Counted from the first letter of the stretch, positions 38,884 to 49,628 are shown. The stretch is DNA of 64,000 bases from Candidatus Latescibacterota bacterium (GCA_965222605.1 OZ244960.1:5152001-5216000), one strand, 5' to 3'. Made by a program: numbers and translations. Notes: generated by a model from the letters alone, not told the origin.

Positions 38884-41793
38884 TCACGGTTGTTCCTCTT
38901 CTAATTCCAATCCGAGTGTCTTTCCTTTTTCTACCGCGGGAATACCCGCGCTCATCCATACAGGTGCGGGGGCGTCTTTGAGATAGTGGTCAAAGAATTG
39001 TTGCAGGCGGATGCTCCAATCTTTGCGGTTATGGTGTTTGCGAATGCCGTGTGCTTCCCCGTTGTAATTGACCAGCCAGGCGGATTTGCCCAGGCGGCGC
39101 AGGGCGACAAAGAGTTCGATGCCCTGGTACCAGGGTACTGCGCCGTCGTCGTCGTTGTGCAAGATGAGCAGAGGCGTTTGAATTTTGTCAGCCCAGAAGA
39201 TGGGTGAGTTTTCGATAAACCGCGTGGGTGCTTCCCAGAGTGAGCCGCCGATGCGACTCTGGGTTTTTTCGTATTGCATCATGCGGCTGAGTCCCGAACT
39301 CCATCGGATGCCGCCGTACGCACTGACCATGTTTGAGACGGGTGCGCCAGCTTCGGCCGCTCGAAATATGCTGGTTCGGGTGATCATATAGGCGATTTGA
39401 TAGCCGCCCCAACTGTGGCCCTGTACGCCGATTCGGCCGGGATTGACAAATCCCCGATTTATGAGGTGCGTCACGCCAGAGACAACCGCGTTGACGGCAC
39501 TTTCGCCGGGAAAGCCGACTTTGTAGGGGATGTCCGGGATAAAGATCAGATACCCGCGGCTGACGTAAAATGGGAAATTTATGGAGCTACCTGAGGCTCT
39601 GGGCGTGCGATGGGCGTGTAACTGATGGGACATTTTTTCATAAAAATAGACCAGCATGGGATATTTCTGGGCGGGATCGAAATTTTTGGGTTTGTAGAGA
39701 ATGCCTTGCAGGGGTTTGCCGTCGAGCGAGACCCATTCGACGAGTTCGGCAGTGCCCCACAGGTAGTCTTTTTGTTGCGGATTGATATCGCTTATTTTTT
39801 GTGCATTCTGAAAACTGAGGTCAGAGGTCCAGAGGTCGGGATATTCTTCAAAAGAGGATTGTCTGAAGAGAAGTACGTCAGCTTCTTTGGCTTTTTGGAG
39901 ATTGGAAAACCGTTTGTCGCGCGCGATGAGTTCAGCGGGTTTGTCAGTACCTTCAAGGCGGTCCAGATAGTAGCCCATGGCTTTGGTTTTGAGATTGAAA
40001 CCCGATAGGAGCAAATCGGCTTTGGGATCGCGTGCCCGTTCTTCGGGGTCGAGGCTCACATATCGAAAGCGCGTTTCGGTTTCACGCCCAATCCCTTCGG
40101 TGATGTTGACGGGTGCTTTGCGTCCATTGGGATCGGTGAGCCAGATATCATAGCGGTCGTAAATGAGAAATTCTGCGTCGCCTTTTGTCCACCCGGCATT
40201 GCCATGTGCGCTGGGGGGATACGGCCGGTCGTGCAATTCGTCGTGAATGGGATGGGGGATATTTTTGCTGACTTTGACGCGGATCAAGTTTTTGACATGC
40301 TGAACATACCAGCTTTTTTGGACGCGATCCCACCAGTAGATGTAGTTGGACTCGGGTGAGAGGGTGGGGCGCGTCTGCATCTTTGTGAGTACGCGCGTTG
40401 CCTCACCGGTCTGAATGTCGATCAGATAGCTGTCGTAATAAGCTGGCGAATCCCAGGAGATGAGTTGTCGATAAGGAAGAATCGAAGCGCCTACCGCGAT
40501 ATCGGCATTGCCCTCACTTCCCAGGCGAATATCGGGAATGGTTTCTGTGGCAAGTTGAACGATTTTGCCATTGTTTAGGTGAAAGACGGCGCGATATGTG
40601 CGTTCGCGTTCCTCTTTGGCATCTTTGAGTTGCATGGGTTGGAGGTAAGGGTCTTTCCAGTTCCAGATATCGACTGCGACTTTTTCGTCGGTCGGCGTGT
40701 CGTCCTCTGCTTCCGCTTCTGGTCTGGGTGCGGTGCCAAAAAAGAGGCGGTTGCCGTCTTTGGAAAAGGAGAGGTTGGCGTGTTCGCTGACCCACCAGTT
40801 GGAGGGTATGCCCTTCGTGCCAGATCGGGCGATTTCTTTTGCCTTATCGCTGGAGCCAACGGGCCAGTAATAGAGGGCGTATTCCTGCTGTTCTGCGTTA
40901 AAGCTGTCGCGGTTGGCAATAAATGCGAGATGGAGACTGGATTCGTCAGCGGTGATTTTTTTATAATCGCCCGCGCCCGTGAGAATGGCTGTGGTGTCGC
41001 CCGTGCTGGTGCGAATGGCGTAGATACCATCGGCTGTGCTGTCTTTGTTGGCTGCAGCAAAAATGAGATACGCGCCGCTTTCTGTGAAGGCGTAGGATAC
41101 CACATGGTTATATCGCGTTTCATCACTGGTTTGGAGGTTGCGGAGAACGAGTGTGGTGCCTTCGGATTTTTTGCGCTTTTTCTTTTTGTCGTCTTTCGGT
41201 TCTTCCTTTTTTGCTTCTTTAGTTCCAGGCTTCTGCTCGGGTTGTTTTTCGGGTTTGGATGTTTTTTCTTCAGGTTCGGATGTTTTTTCTTTTTTCTTTT
41301 TTTTCGCTGTACTGTCTTTTTTTGCGATTTCTTTTTCCAGCAAATAGGCGACCCATCCGCTGTTTTCTTTGGGTAGTTTGAAGGATTTGACGCGCGCGTC
41401 CTTAAAGATGTCTCCCGTGGCGAGGGCGATGATGCCAATGGAGTCTTTGGGCGATTCTTCGGGCTTTTTTTTATCGCGGGTCGTTTGTTTTACCGAGTCT
41501 TTGAAGGCTTTTATAAGGGTGATAACATAGTGCGAATTTTTGGTGAATCGAATGGATTCTCCGCGCGGGATCGCGTAGGAACTGTCATCTGTGAGGCTCA
41601 TGATGCGGAGTTCGGTGTCTTTTTCATCCGGGCCGACAGAGAGAAAAACCCATTGTCCATTGTTGGAAATATTGCTGGCGTGCGTGCGATTCCACACGTC
41701 GTACACGTCGTGATCCAGCGGCTTTTTCTGCTGAGCAAAGACGAGTGGAGATAAACTCAAGAACACAGATAGAAGGCATATACACAAACGCAT
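38884..41793 (-). CDS. Secreted S9 family peptidase (prolyl oligopeptidase-like)
   Basis: Signal peptide, beta-propeller region, nucleophile GHSWGGY, LHNDDDGAVPWYQG, EAHG. Confidence 0.93.
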   Translation of the reverse strand: MRLCICLLSVFLSLSPLVFAQQKKPLDHDVYDVWNRTHASNISNNGQWVFLSVGPDEKDTELRIMSLTDDSSYAIPRGESIRFTKNSHYVITLIKAFKDSVKQTTRDKKKPEESPKDSIGIIALATGDIFKDARVKSFKLPKENSGWVAYLLEKEIAKKDSTAKKKKKEKTSEPEEKTSKPEKQPEQKPGTKEAKKEEPKDDKKKKRKKSEGTTLVLRNLQTSDETRYNHVVSYAFTESGAYLIFAAANKDSTADGIYAIRTSTGDTTAILTGAGDYKKITADESSLHLAFIANRDSFNAEQQEYALYYWPVGSSDKAKEIARSGTKGIPSNWWVSEHANLSFSKDGNRLFFGTAPRPEAEAEDDTPTDEKVAVDIWNWKDPYLQPMQLKDAKEERERTYRAVFHLNNGKIVQLATETIPDIRLGSEGNADIAVGASILPYRQLISWDSPAYYDSYLIDIQTGEATRVLTKMQTRPTLSPESNYIYWWDRVQKSWYVQHVKNLIRVKVSKNIPHPIHDELHDRPYPPSAHGNAGWTKGDAEFLIYDRYDIWLTDPNGRKAPVNITEGIGRETETRFRYVSLDPEERARDPKADLLLSGFNLKTKAMGYYLDRLEGTDKPAELIARDKRFSNLQKAKEADVLLFRQSSFEEYPDLWTSDLSFQNAQKISDINPQQKDYLWGTAELVEWVSLDGKPLQGILYKPKNFDPAQKYPMLVYFYEKMSHQLHAHRTPRASGSSINFPFYVSRGYLIFIPDIPYKVGFPGESAVNAVVSGVTHLINRGFVNPGRIGVQGHSWGGYQIAYMITRTSIFRAAEAGAPVSNMVSAYGGIRWSSGLSRMMQYEKTQSRIGGSLWEAPTRFIENSPIFWADKIQTPLLILHNDDDGAVPWYQGIELFVALRRLGKSAWLVNYNGEAHGIRKHHNRKDWSIRLQQFFDHYLKDAPAPVWMSAGIPAVEKGKTLGLELEEEQP

Positions 41794-41871
41794 AGGTGAT
41801 CTCTCAGGAGTAGGTCAAACTTGTGGTCGGATAGTTGTGAACAATATAATAGATATACAGCGATGGGCAAA

Positions 41872-41910
41872 AATAAAAGCCGACGCACACAACGCCGGCT
41901 TTTGTATTTT
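41872..41910. terminator. Intrinsic terminator
   Basis: AAAAGCCG-loop-CGGCTTTTGTATTTT. Confidence 0.6.
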
Positions 41911-41928
41911 GGCTCTTTTGGCGAACAC

Positions 41929-42432
41929 TCAGAAATTTGATTCTACACGATATTTAGCAGAGTATTCTTTCAAGTTCTTTTTAATTTGCTGAAACTGCGT
42001 GTATGAACAGGTACCCGCTGGAATTTCAATGGGGTGTTCAGGTTGAGCCTTTGGAACGATTTCTACTCCGTTGATTTTGAGGTGCATTGTCTGGATTTCA
42101 TCCCATGATATTTTTTTAGCGTGCCCGCGTCGCCTGGCTTTGATCTCCAGCCCTTCATTGCTGAATACCACACAAGGTCGCCCATATTTTTTATTGAGAT
42201 AGAGGTCAACGATTATTGAAACGATGATAGCAACACCGCCAAGTAGCTGAATTGTGCCTAATATCCAATCAGCGAGACCATGTATGTGCATAAAGTATCG
42301 CCAGCCCTGGTAGAAGAAGTTGATTCCCAGCAGACACCACACTAATAACCACATGCCCTTCATTCGGCGAAGGTCTTCTGTGTCAAAGTAAATTGTAAAA
42401 GTATCCATGTTGTATTTCCCAAAGTTTTGCAT
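41929..42432 (-). CDS. Hypothetical membrane protein (two TMs plus a PH-like C-domain)
   Basis: Two hydrophobic segments followed by VFSNEGLEIK...ISWDEI. Confidence 0.65.
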   Translation of the reverse strand: MQNFGKYNMDTFTIYFDTEDLRRMKGMWLLVWCLLGINFFYQGWRYFMHIHGLADWILGTIQLLGGVAIIVSIIVDLYLNKKYGRPCVVFSNEGLEIKARRRGHAKKISWDEIQTMHLKINGVEIVPKAQPEHPIEIPAGTCSYTQFQQIKKNLKEYSAKYRVESNF

Positions 42433-42437
42433 GTGAC

Positions 42438-42683
42438 TTATCGCTTAGTCCTATCCTTTGAAACCTCACCTTGATCATCTTCTGAGATATGGCGGATTTC
42501 TCCAGCGCGTTGTTGTACGATTTCTTGTGCTGCACGTTTTTTGTCTTCGTTTAGCATGAGGTCTGTTGCACCGAGCATCATTGTCGCCGACCCGCCTGCA
42601 CTTTTGCGGCCACCTTTCACAAGCGCGTAAATTGCATATCCTATGACAACAATTAGGATAAGTGTAAAGATGGCGACATCCAT
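42438..42683 (-). CDS. Small hypothetical membrane protein
   Basis: N-terminal TM, GGAG RBS, in operon after natB. Confidence 0.65.
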   Translation of the reverse strand: MDVAIFTLILIVVIGYAIYALVKGGRKSAGGSATMMLGATDLMLNEDKKRAAQEIVQQRAGEIRHISEDDQGEVSKDRTKR

Positions 42684-42695
42684 AGCTTACTCCGA

Positions 42696-43892
42696 TTAAG
42701 TGTCTCGGAAGACCGTGCTTTCGCGTTCAAACCATTTGGCACAGGCGTAGAGGCTGAGGGCTGCAAGGGCGATGAGTGAGGCATAGACTTCGAACAAAAG
42801 AGGCAATTTGATGGTTCCCGCGAAAATTTCTTTGGATGCAAGCGAGACATTTAAGATCGGTATAAGCGATGTGATAGCATTGAGTTCAATGCCGGGCAAG
42901 ATGCCGATAAATACGGGAATAATAATGATGATGTTGAGGGGGGCCATAATGCTCTGCGCCTCTTTGGACGATTTGGCAAAGATGGAGATAGACATTAAGA
43001 TGGCGGCAAAAAAGATGGTTAAGGGCAAGCATAGAGAAAGGACCAGGAGGATGGATGATATTTCGAACATGCCCTGTAGCGCGTCGAGGATTCTTGCGAC
43101 AATTTCTCGTTGTAACATAACAGCTACAAAAAAACCGATAAAACTATTGGCGATTGAAGCAAACCCCGATAGAACAATCACACCACATTTGCCCAGCAAG
43201 ATCTGAATTTTGCTGACGGGGGCAACGAGCAGTGTTTCGAGGGTGGCGCGTTCTTTCTCTCCCGCGCCCAGATCAAGAGCTGGATACATACAACCCATAA
43301 AACACATTAAGACAAAAATATAAGGCAAAAAACCACCCACGCTTTTTCCGATTCTTTCCCGTTGAGAAGCAATGTCGTGGCGTTTGACCAGTACGGGATC
43401 CACAATCATGCGGTCGAGGGCAAGCCTTTGGAATCGGTCATTGACAATCTGGTTTTCGTAGTCTCGAATCAGACTTGTCAGGCGATTGCGAGATGCGTCC
43501 ATATCTTTGGAAGATTTGAAATAGAGATGAATTTGACCGCGTTGCAAGTTGGCGATTTGGGCATCGAATTGCTCATCAACGCGGATAGCTGCATCTATGC
43601 TGTCGGATCGGATGAACTGATGGATCATGTCTTCTGCTATGTCTTCTCGAATTTTCAGGTCGTCGCGTTTGAGCAGGGTTTCGCGGAACACCTCTGCATT
43701 GCCGTTTGCGATCAGGGCAACGACAAGTGTTTTGGTCCTGACTTTTTGGGTCTGACGAGTGGTAAAGATGGCAGCAATTGTGAATAACAGCGGGAATAAC
43801 AGCATTGGTATGATAAACATCATTATCATCGAACGCCGGTCGCGCGTGATGTCCTTAAATTCTTTTTTGAAGATGGTGAGGATTGGTTTCAT
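42696..43892 (-). CDS. natB: ABC-2 permease, NatB-like (Na+ extrusion)
   Basis: Motifs FKKEFKDITRDRR, ALDLGAGEKERATLETLLVAP, AKSSKEAQS, LIPILN. Confidence 0.85.
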   Translation of the reverse strand: MKPILTIFKKEFKDITRDRRSMIMMFIIPMLLFPLLFTIAAIFTTRQTQKVRTKTLVVALIANGNAEVFRETLLKRDDLKIREDIAEDMIHQFIRSDSIDAAIRVDEQFDAQIANLQRGQIHLYFKSSKDMDASRNRLTSLIRDYENQIVNDRFQRLALDRMIVDPVLVKRHDIASQRERIGKSVGGFLPYIFVLMCFMGCMYPALDLGAGEKERATLETLLVAPVSKIQILLGKCGVIVLSGFASIANSFIGFFVAVMLQREIVARILDALQGMFEISSILLVLSLCLPLTIFFAAILMSISIFAKSSKEAQSIMAPLNIIIIIPVFIGILPGIELNAITSLIPILNVSLASKEIFAGTIKLPLLFEVYASLIALAALSLYACAKWFERESTVFRDT

Positions 43893-43912
43893 GGCACCCT
43901 CTTATGGTAAAT

Positions 43913-44680
43913 CTATGCCTGTTCAACGATGCGGATAAATTCGTCTTCCAGCGTGGGGGTTTGCATTTGGTTTTGAAAGTCTTCAAAGGTTCCGTTAAAC
44001 TGCAATTGGCCTTTGTGAATGATAGCGAGGTCGTCGCTGAGCAAGCTGACTTCACCCATGCGGTGTGTGGAGAAGATGACGGTTTTTCCCGCGTCCCGAC
44101 AATCGCGGATGAGGTGCACGATATTGCGCGAGGTTACGACGTCGAGACCAGCGGTGGGTTCGTCGAATACAATGACATCGGGGTCGTGGATGATGGTGCG
44201 TACAATGGAGACTTTTTGTTTCATGCCCGTGGAGAGTTTGCCAATGCGAAGATTTGCAAATGCTTCCATGTCGAGCAGGGCAAAGAGGTGGTCGCGCCGT
44301 GTGTCGTAATCGGCACTGTTCATGCCGTGCAGGTCGGCAAAGTAGCGCACCATTTCATCGGGTGTCAGGCGATCGTACAAGCCCGTGTTGCCGGTGAGAA
44401 AGCCGAGGTTTTCACGCACGGCTTGACTTTGTGTTACGGTGTCGTACCCCGCGACAGATATGCTGCCCGAAGTGGGTTTGAGCATGGTGGCGATCATACG
44501 TAGTGCAGTGGTTTTGCCCGCGCCATTGGGTCCCAATAGCGCGAAGACGCGACCGGGCTGGCAGGTGAAGCTGATATTGCACACCGCGTCAATGGTATTG
44601 CCTTGAAAGCCATCTCCCATTTCGCGCTTTTGCTGCCGCGATAGTTTGAAGGTTTTGACAATATTTTTTGCGATAACCAT
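43913..44680 (-). CDS. natA: ABC transporter ATP-binding protein, NatA-like
   Basis: Motifs GPNGAGKTTALR, LSTGMKQKVSIVR, FDEPTAGLDV, FSTH. Confidence 0.88.
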   Translation of the reverse strand: MVIAKNIVKTFKLSRQQKREMGDGFQGNTIDAVCNISFTCQPGRVFALLGPNGAGKTTALRMIATMLKPTSGSISVAGYDTVTQSQAVRENLGFLTGNTGLYDRLTPDEMVRYFADLHGMNSADYDTRRDHLFALLDMEAFANLRIGKLSTGMKQKVSIVRTIIHDPDVIVFDEPTAGLDVVTSRNIVHLIRDCRDAGKTVIFSTHRMGEVSLLSDDLAIIHKGQLQFNGTFEDFQNQMQTPTLEDEFIRIVEQA

Positions 44681-44896
44681 AATGCACTCCGCAATTGCGG
44701 GTTGAACAGCGCGTGGTCAGTTAGATAGTGATAGAGTTACCCAATTTTGTTTCAAAATGCAAGGGGGGATTTTTATATTGGATTTGTGTAAAAATTTTGT
44801 ACCTCACTAAGTCGGACGGGCTGAGGGAGTATTTGACTTTGCTCTTCAGACTTTGCACCTTGCACGCGACTCTTTACGCAATTCAAAGGAGATAAC

Positions 44897-46138
44897 ATGA
44901 ACAAACTCAAACTCGGCCTGATTGGTTGTGGCGGTATGGGTACGCGTCATTTGTATGGATTGGGCGAACTGGCGAAGACGCCGTTTAACAATATTGAACT
45001 GTGCGCCCTGTGCGATCTCAATCGGGATAACGCAGAACTGGCCGCGAGAGAGGCCGAGCAGTTGCTCGGTTCAAAACCTCCCGTATTTACATCCATGGAA
45101 GACATGGCGCAAGCGATTCCCGATTTGATGGCTGTCGATGTGGTCACTGATCCGTCGGTGCATCACACGGTGGTATGTCAGGCATTGGACCTGGGATTGC
45201 ACGTGCTGGTTGAAAAACCTATGGCTATTTCCGTAAAAGCGTGTCATGCTATGAATGAGGCGGCGGAGCGCAATGGGCGAAAACTGTCGGTTGCTGAAAA
45301 TTATCGGCGCGACCCTTCGGCGCGGTTAACGCGCCATTTGTTGGAAACCGGACGGATTGGAACGCCTTATATGGCGACACTTCACGCCATGCGCGGCGGC
45401 AATGAAATTTTTATCACGCCCTGGCGGCATTTGAAAGACCGCGGGGGACCATTGATCGATATGGGAGTACACTATGCGGATCTGATTCGGTATCAACTCG
45501 GCGATGTTATTGAGGTATATGGCGATGCGCGCCTGGTGGAGCCGGTGCGAAAAAAGCAACAGGCCATTGGCGATCGGTATGAATTTTATCAGCAGCGTTT
45601 TCGCGCGATGCCCAGCGAAGTTCCCGCTACGGCAGAAGATACGGCGATGGCGATGATGAAGATGGAAAGCGGTGTGATGGTGAGTTTTATTGTTGGCATT
45701 GGGGGGCACGGTGCATGCCGCAGTCAGTTGATTTTAGGCGATAAAGGGTGCTTGCAGAGCTACGGCAGCCGCGGGAGTCAGGCGATATGGCAGTCGGCAG
45801 ATGGCGAGGTGAGAGATCAGAATGCGATTTTAGATGTTGTTGATGATTTTGAATTGCATCCTCTCCTGGACCACTTTTTTTCTACCAAAAACAGCGTGGG
45901 TGATCAGGCAGTGGATTGGAAATTGATCGCTTATGAACAATACGAACTCGCCTGTGCTGTCTTGAATGATGAACCGATTGAGGTCGATGGTGTTGAGGGA
46001 ATGAAGGATGTTGCGGCGATTTATGCGATTTGCGAGTCTGCTCGCGCAGGTCGCACTGTGACAGCAGCAGAGATCGAAAGCGGCGAGTTATATGAATATC
46101 AGGCAGAGATCGATGCGGCGTTAAATATCAACTCTTAA
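44897..46138 (+). CDS. Gfo/Idh/MocA family oxidoreductase
   Basis: Motifs IGCGGMG, VEKPMA, VAENYRRDP, DMGVHYAD. Confidence 0.92.
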   Translation: MNKLKLGLIGCGGMGTRHLYGLGELAKTPFNNIELCALCDLNRDNAELAAREAEQLLGSKPPVFTSMEDMAQAIPDLMAVDVVTDPSVHHTVVCQALDLGLHVLVEKPMAISVKACHAMNEAAERNGRKLSVAENYRRDPSARLTRHLLETGRIGTPYMATLHAMRGGNEIFITPWRHLKDRGGPLIDMGVHYADLIRYQLGDVIEVYGDARLVEPVRKKQQAIGDRYEFYQQRFRAMPSEVPATAEDTAMAMMKMESGVMVSFIVGIGGHGACRSQLILGDKGCLQSYGSRGSQAIWQSADGEVRDQNAILDVVDDFELHPLLDHFFSTKNSVGDQAVDWKLIAYEQYELACAVLNDEPIEVDGVEGMKDVAAIYAICESARAGRTVTAAEIESGELYEYQAEIDAALNINS

Positions 46139-46139
46139 A

Positions 46140-46517
46140 ATGGAGGAAAGACAGATGGTGATTCGCAATTGGCAAGATGCCACGCCCACAGTGGGCCATG
46201 AAACGGCGTTGATCTGGTCGATTTTCAGGCAGAAAGGCTCTGCTGGTTTGAGCGAGGAAGAAGCACCGATGTTGGCGGCATCGGGATTTACCCTGCACAT
46301 GATGCAGAGCCGCAAGGCGGGCGATTACCACATGCACGATGACAAAGAACAGATTTATTATTTTACGCGCGGGCATGGCAAGATGAAAATCGACGACGAG
46401 ATTTATCCCGTGGAGCCAGGCGATGCGGTGCATTTACCGCCGCATACCTACCATCAGTTGATCAATGACAGCGACGATTGGATTGAACACATCCTGGTGA
46501 CCGTACCGGTGGGTTAA
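46140..46517 (+). CDS. Cupin domain protein
   Basis: HMHDDKEQIYY...GDAVHLPPHTYHQL. Confidence 0.9.
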   Translation: MEERQMVIRNWQDATPTVGHETALIWSIFRQKGSAGLSEEEAPMLAASGFTLHMMQSRKAGDYHMHDDKEQIYYFTRGHGKMKIDDEIYPVEPGDAVHLPPHTYHQLINDSDDWIEHILVTVPVG

Positions 46518-47536
46518 GGGTACAGGACGTATTTTAATCCCTCCTGTCGCTCTGCACCATCAAATGCTTGTTCCCAATTTTCGAGTGGCAGTCTGTGGGA
46601 TATGTACGCTGTGGGATCTATTGTTTTGGCGATGACCATTTCGAGGGCGCGTTGCCAACTGGGCCAGTTCTGGGCAATAGAACTGTTCACGGAAAGCTGT
46701 TTGTAGATGATTTTACCCCAGTTCACTTCAACGGGGTGTTCGACCAGAGCCACCTGTGTGAATGTGCCGAGGGGGCGCACAGCGTCGAGGCATTGATCGA
46801 TGGAGGCGGCAGCACCTGCACATTCGATGACAATGTCGGCACCGTCGCCGGTGATCGAGCGGACAAATTCGGATATATTTTCGCGCGTGACATCCACGGT
46901 TTGTTCCGCGCTTTTAGCCATAGCGAGGCGATGGGCGTCGCGGTCTGTGCCGCAGACAATAACGCGTCCGCCTGCGAGTCTGGCGAGGTCGGCGCATATC
47001 AGGCCAATGGGACCGGGGCCGGAAATGAGTACCCAATCGCCGGGTACAATTTTTGTGTGAAAAAGAACGGCTTTGATGCAGCAGGCGAGGGGTTCCACGA
47101 GCGCGGCAGTGTCATAGGAGACGGATTCGGGAAGCGGGAAGGCGAGGTTTTGGGGGATGACGCAGTATTCGGCAAAACCGCCATCGCGCATGCTGCCAAC
47201 GGAGTTGCGCTGGGGGCAGAAGAAAAATTCGCTGGCCCGACAATAGCGACAGTGCCCACATGCCCCATTCGCTGTGGGAAGGACCGTGATGCGGTCACCT
47301 GTTTTGATGCGGGTGACATTGGCGCCGACTTTGACGACTTCGCCTGACAGTTCATGGCAAAGTGTGACTGGTGGGCGAAAGCCATAACCGCCGTGGCGGA
47401 TGTGGAGATCTGTGCCGCAGAGTCCGCCGCGCTGAACGGCGATTTTAATATCGTCGGGGTATTCGATATCCGGTTCTGGGATGTTGCATAAGGCGATGTG
47501 ACCAGGACCGGGTTTTAGTTTGCGTACAGCGCGCAT
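46514..47536 (-). CDS. Zn-dependent alcohol/sugar-alcohol dehydrogenase (MDR)
   Basis: Motifs GLCGTDLH, CHE, CGHCRYC...C, DGGFAEY, GPGPIG. Confidence 0.92.
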   Translation of the reverse strand: MRAVRKLKPGPGHIALCNIPEPDIEYPDDIKIAVQRGGLCGTDLHIRHGGYGFRPPVTLCHELSGEVVKVGANVTRIKTGDRITVLPTANGACGHCRYCRASEFFFCPQRNSVGSMRDGGFAEYCVIPQNLAFPLPESVSYDTAALVEPLACCIKAVLFHTKIVPGDWVLISGPGPIGLICADLARLAGGRVIVCGTDRDAHRLAMAKSAEQTVDVTRENISEFVRSITGDGADIVIECAGAAASIDQCLDAVRPLGTFTQVALVEHPVEVNWGKIIYKQLSVNSSIAQNWPSWQRALEMVIAKTIDPTAYISHRLPLENWEQAFDGAERQEGLKYVLYP

Positions 47537-47585
47537 GGTATTTGTGCAGTTCAAAAGATATGTATTTAGGGGTCGTGTATTCGCT

Positions 47586-47614
47586 ATTATGCACAATCTT
47601 TACATGGTAAGCAA
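47586..47614 (-). promoter_or_regulatory. Putative sigma-70 promoter TTGCTT-N17-CATAAT
   Basis: Minus-strand -35/-10 with 17-nt spacer, about 50 nt upstream of the dehydrogenase ATG. Confidence 0.5.
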
Positions 47615-47660
47615 TCACTGTTTTCGCAGAGGCGTCGGACGCGGTACAAGGGCGACTTCT

Positions 47661-49586
47661 CTATACCCGGTCCACCCAGATCGGAGACGACCAGCCCATC
47701 TCACCGTCGGTCTGGATCACGCGGATGTAGTAATAGGCGTTTGCCTCAAGTGCAGTGGTGTCCCGCCACTGCAAGCGATAGACATCCTGCCTATCCCGGT
47801 GATGGGGCGTTCCAGTCTCCACGACCTTCCCGTTCTGCACGACCTCAACGCGATCGATCGCGTCTGTACCCCGGACATAGGCGTAGATCTCTCTCGACAT
47901 CTCCCTGCTCTCGATCTCCAGAATGCTCCCCATAGGCTGATCGTTGAGTGTGAAATCCAGTATAATGCGAGCGCCCGTGGTGCCGTAACAGCGACGGCTC
48001 TTGAGCGCATCGAACAGCGCCTCCCGTGTCAGCTCGGGCGCCCAGACCGCTGCAAGTCCCCCCGGAAAAGGCGTATGGGCCTGTCGGTCGTGCTGATAGC
48101 TCCGTCCCGGCATGCCCACATGGTTGTCGCTGCTGGCGATCATACCCAGCCGGTAGCCTCGTCTCAGTGCCTCCCATGCCCCAGCCCCCGGCGTCATTCC
48201 CTTGTCCCACCGGTCCATTGAGGGATTTTCAGATTGTCCCCAGCACGAATAGATCTCCATCAAAGGTTCCAGGTCCGGATCGTGAAGTGACCAATCCGTC
48301 CACGTCTTGACGTGATGAGGGATCAGCATCACATCCTTCCGTCCTCGATAGTACTCGTACAGAAAATCGGGCATATAGCTGAACGTCCCGGCATCCTGAG
48401 GCGGCTCAACCGCATCGTCCCGAAAATACACATTCCGATGGCCCACTGGAGAGCCAGCCTCATAGGACTTGAACGTCACAAATTCTCCCGGTCGGTAATG
48501 CTCGATGGCCTTCTGCTGGAGAAGCTCCCAGCCCACGCCTGTAATCGCGCCCTGATCGGTAATGGCCACAAAATCGAGCAGCGTCACGTCCCGGGCGTAC
48601 TGATACACATCGTCCGGCGTACCGCAGGAAATACCTTTAGACCAGCCCACCTGCCGGGCGTCTTTCTGTTGCGAGTGCATTACATGATATTCACTCTGGG
48701 CGTGCAGGTCCCCCCAGAAAAGCTGCAAATTGTCCTCATTCGAGTGAATGCACGGATTGGAAGTCCCCCAGATCTGTTTTCCCCCCGAATCGGTCAGCGT
48801 CACGCCCTCAAAAACGGCTCCCGAATTTTTCAGTTCCACTTCAACCGGCTGCAATCCGGAAAATCGGACATTGCCCACCCGGCGCCAGCGCTCGTCGCGC
48901 AGGACCAGGGACCTGGGCGGATCGTCGTTTGGACGACAGTGACAGGCATCTGTCAGGGCAATCCGCACCGGGGGTACAGGCCCTGTAATCACAGATGGGA
49001 CCACTACGTTGGCCCGCGCAGGGGCGCCCGACACTACGTCCAGTTCAACCGGTGCCCCTCCGGGGCGTACCCAATTTCCATCGCCCGGGTCCACATACAC
49101 CGAAATCGTCAGCCCGTCTTCAGAAAAGGTCTGAACCCGTACACCGCGTCTCACAAATTGAGGGTCACCGTAAATCAACACAATCTGGTCTCCCCCAGCC
49201 AGAGGCCCATCCTCTACCGTCGCCGTGATCCACCATCGCCAATACGCCTCCGCCGGGTCTTCATCGGGAATTAGCATGCGCTCCATCGTCTCCAGATGCA
49301 GCACAGCATCCCCCTGGGTGACTACCTCTGCCGTCGTGTTGACCGAATGAAAGGGTGCGTATTTTCGATCTTTTCCCCGCACCAATTCGTCCCAGTACCG
49401 GAGCTGGGGCACCACAACAGGCTCCCACCCGGTATTGGGCGCCCCAACACGCAACCGCGCACCCTCAGCCAGACCGTCCACGCCTGTTGTAAACGTCAAC
49501 TTCAACGTCACATATGAGCCGGTCACAAAGGGACCCTCTGGTGAAAGCGTCACCTGACCAGTCGCGTTGTCCTGAGAAAAAATCAT
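47661..49586 (-). CDS. DUF3604 / CehA-McbA-type PHP-fold metallohydrolase
   Basis: Motifs FWGDLHAQS, DFVAITDQ, GHRNV, IPHH, EIYSCWG, ASSDNH, RCYGTTG, WSSPIWV; GAGGTGG RBS before ATG 49586. Confidence 0.85.
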   Translation of the reverse strand: MIFSQDNATGQVTLSPEGPFVTGSYVTLKLTFTTGVDGLAEGARLRVGAPNTGWEPVVVPQLRYWDELVRGKDRKYAPFHSVNTTAEVVTQGDAVLHLETMERMLIPDEDPAEAYWRWWITATVEDGPLAGGDQIVLIYGDPQFVRRGVRVQTFSEDGLTISVYVDPGDGNWVRPGGAPVELDVVSGAPARANVVVPSVITGPVPPVRIALTDACHCRPNDDPPRSLVLRDERWRRVGNVRFSGLQPVEVELKNSGAVFEGVTLTDSGGKQIWGTSNPCIHSNEDNLQLFWGDLHAQSEYHVMHSQQKDARQVGWSKGISCGTPDDVYQYARDVTLLDFVAITDQGAITGVGWELLQQKAIEHYRPGEFVTFKSYEAGSPVGHRNVYFRDDAVEPPQDAGTFSYMPDFLYEYYRGRKDVMLIPHHVKTWTDWSLHDPDLEPLMEIYSCWGQSENPSMDRWDKGMTPGAGAWEALRRGYRLGMIASSDNHVGMPGRSYQHDRQAHTPFPGGLAAVWAPELTREALFDALKSRRCYGTTGARIILDFTLNDQPMGSILEIESREMSREIYAYVRGTDAIDRVEVVQNGKVVETGTPHHRDRQDVYRLQWRDTTALEANAYYYIRVIQTDGEMGWSSPIWVDRV

Positions 49587-49628
49587 ACCCGCCACCTCGT
49601 TCAAATCCGGCTATCGATCGCTCAACGG

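Noticed and set aside
41160-41340. T-rich tract as a phase-variation site or separate element
   Set aside because: It encodes an in-frame Lys/Glu/Pro-rich linker of the S9 peptidase; the runs are interrupted and the frame is intact.
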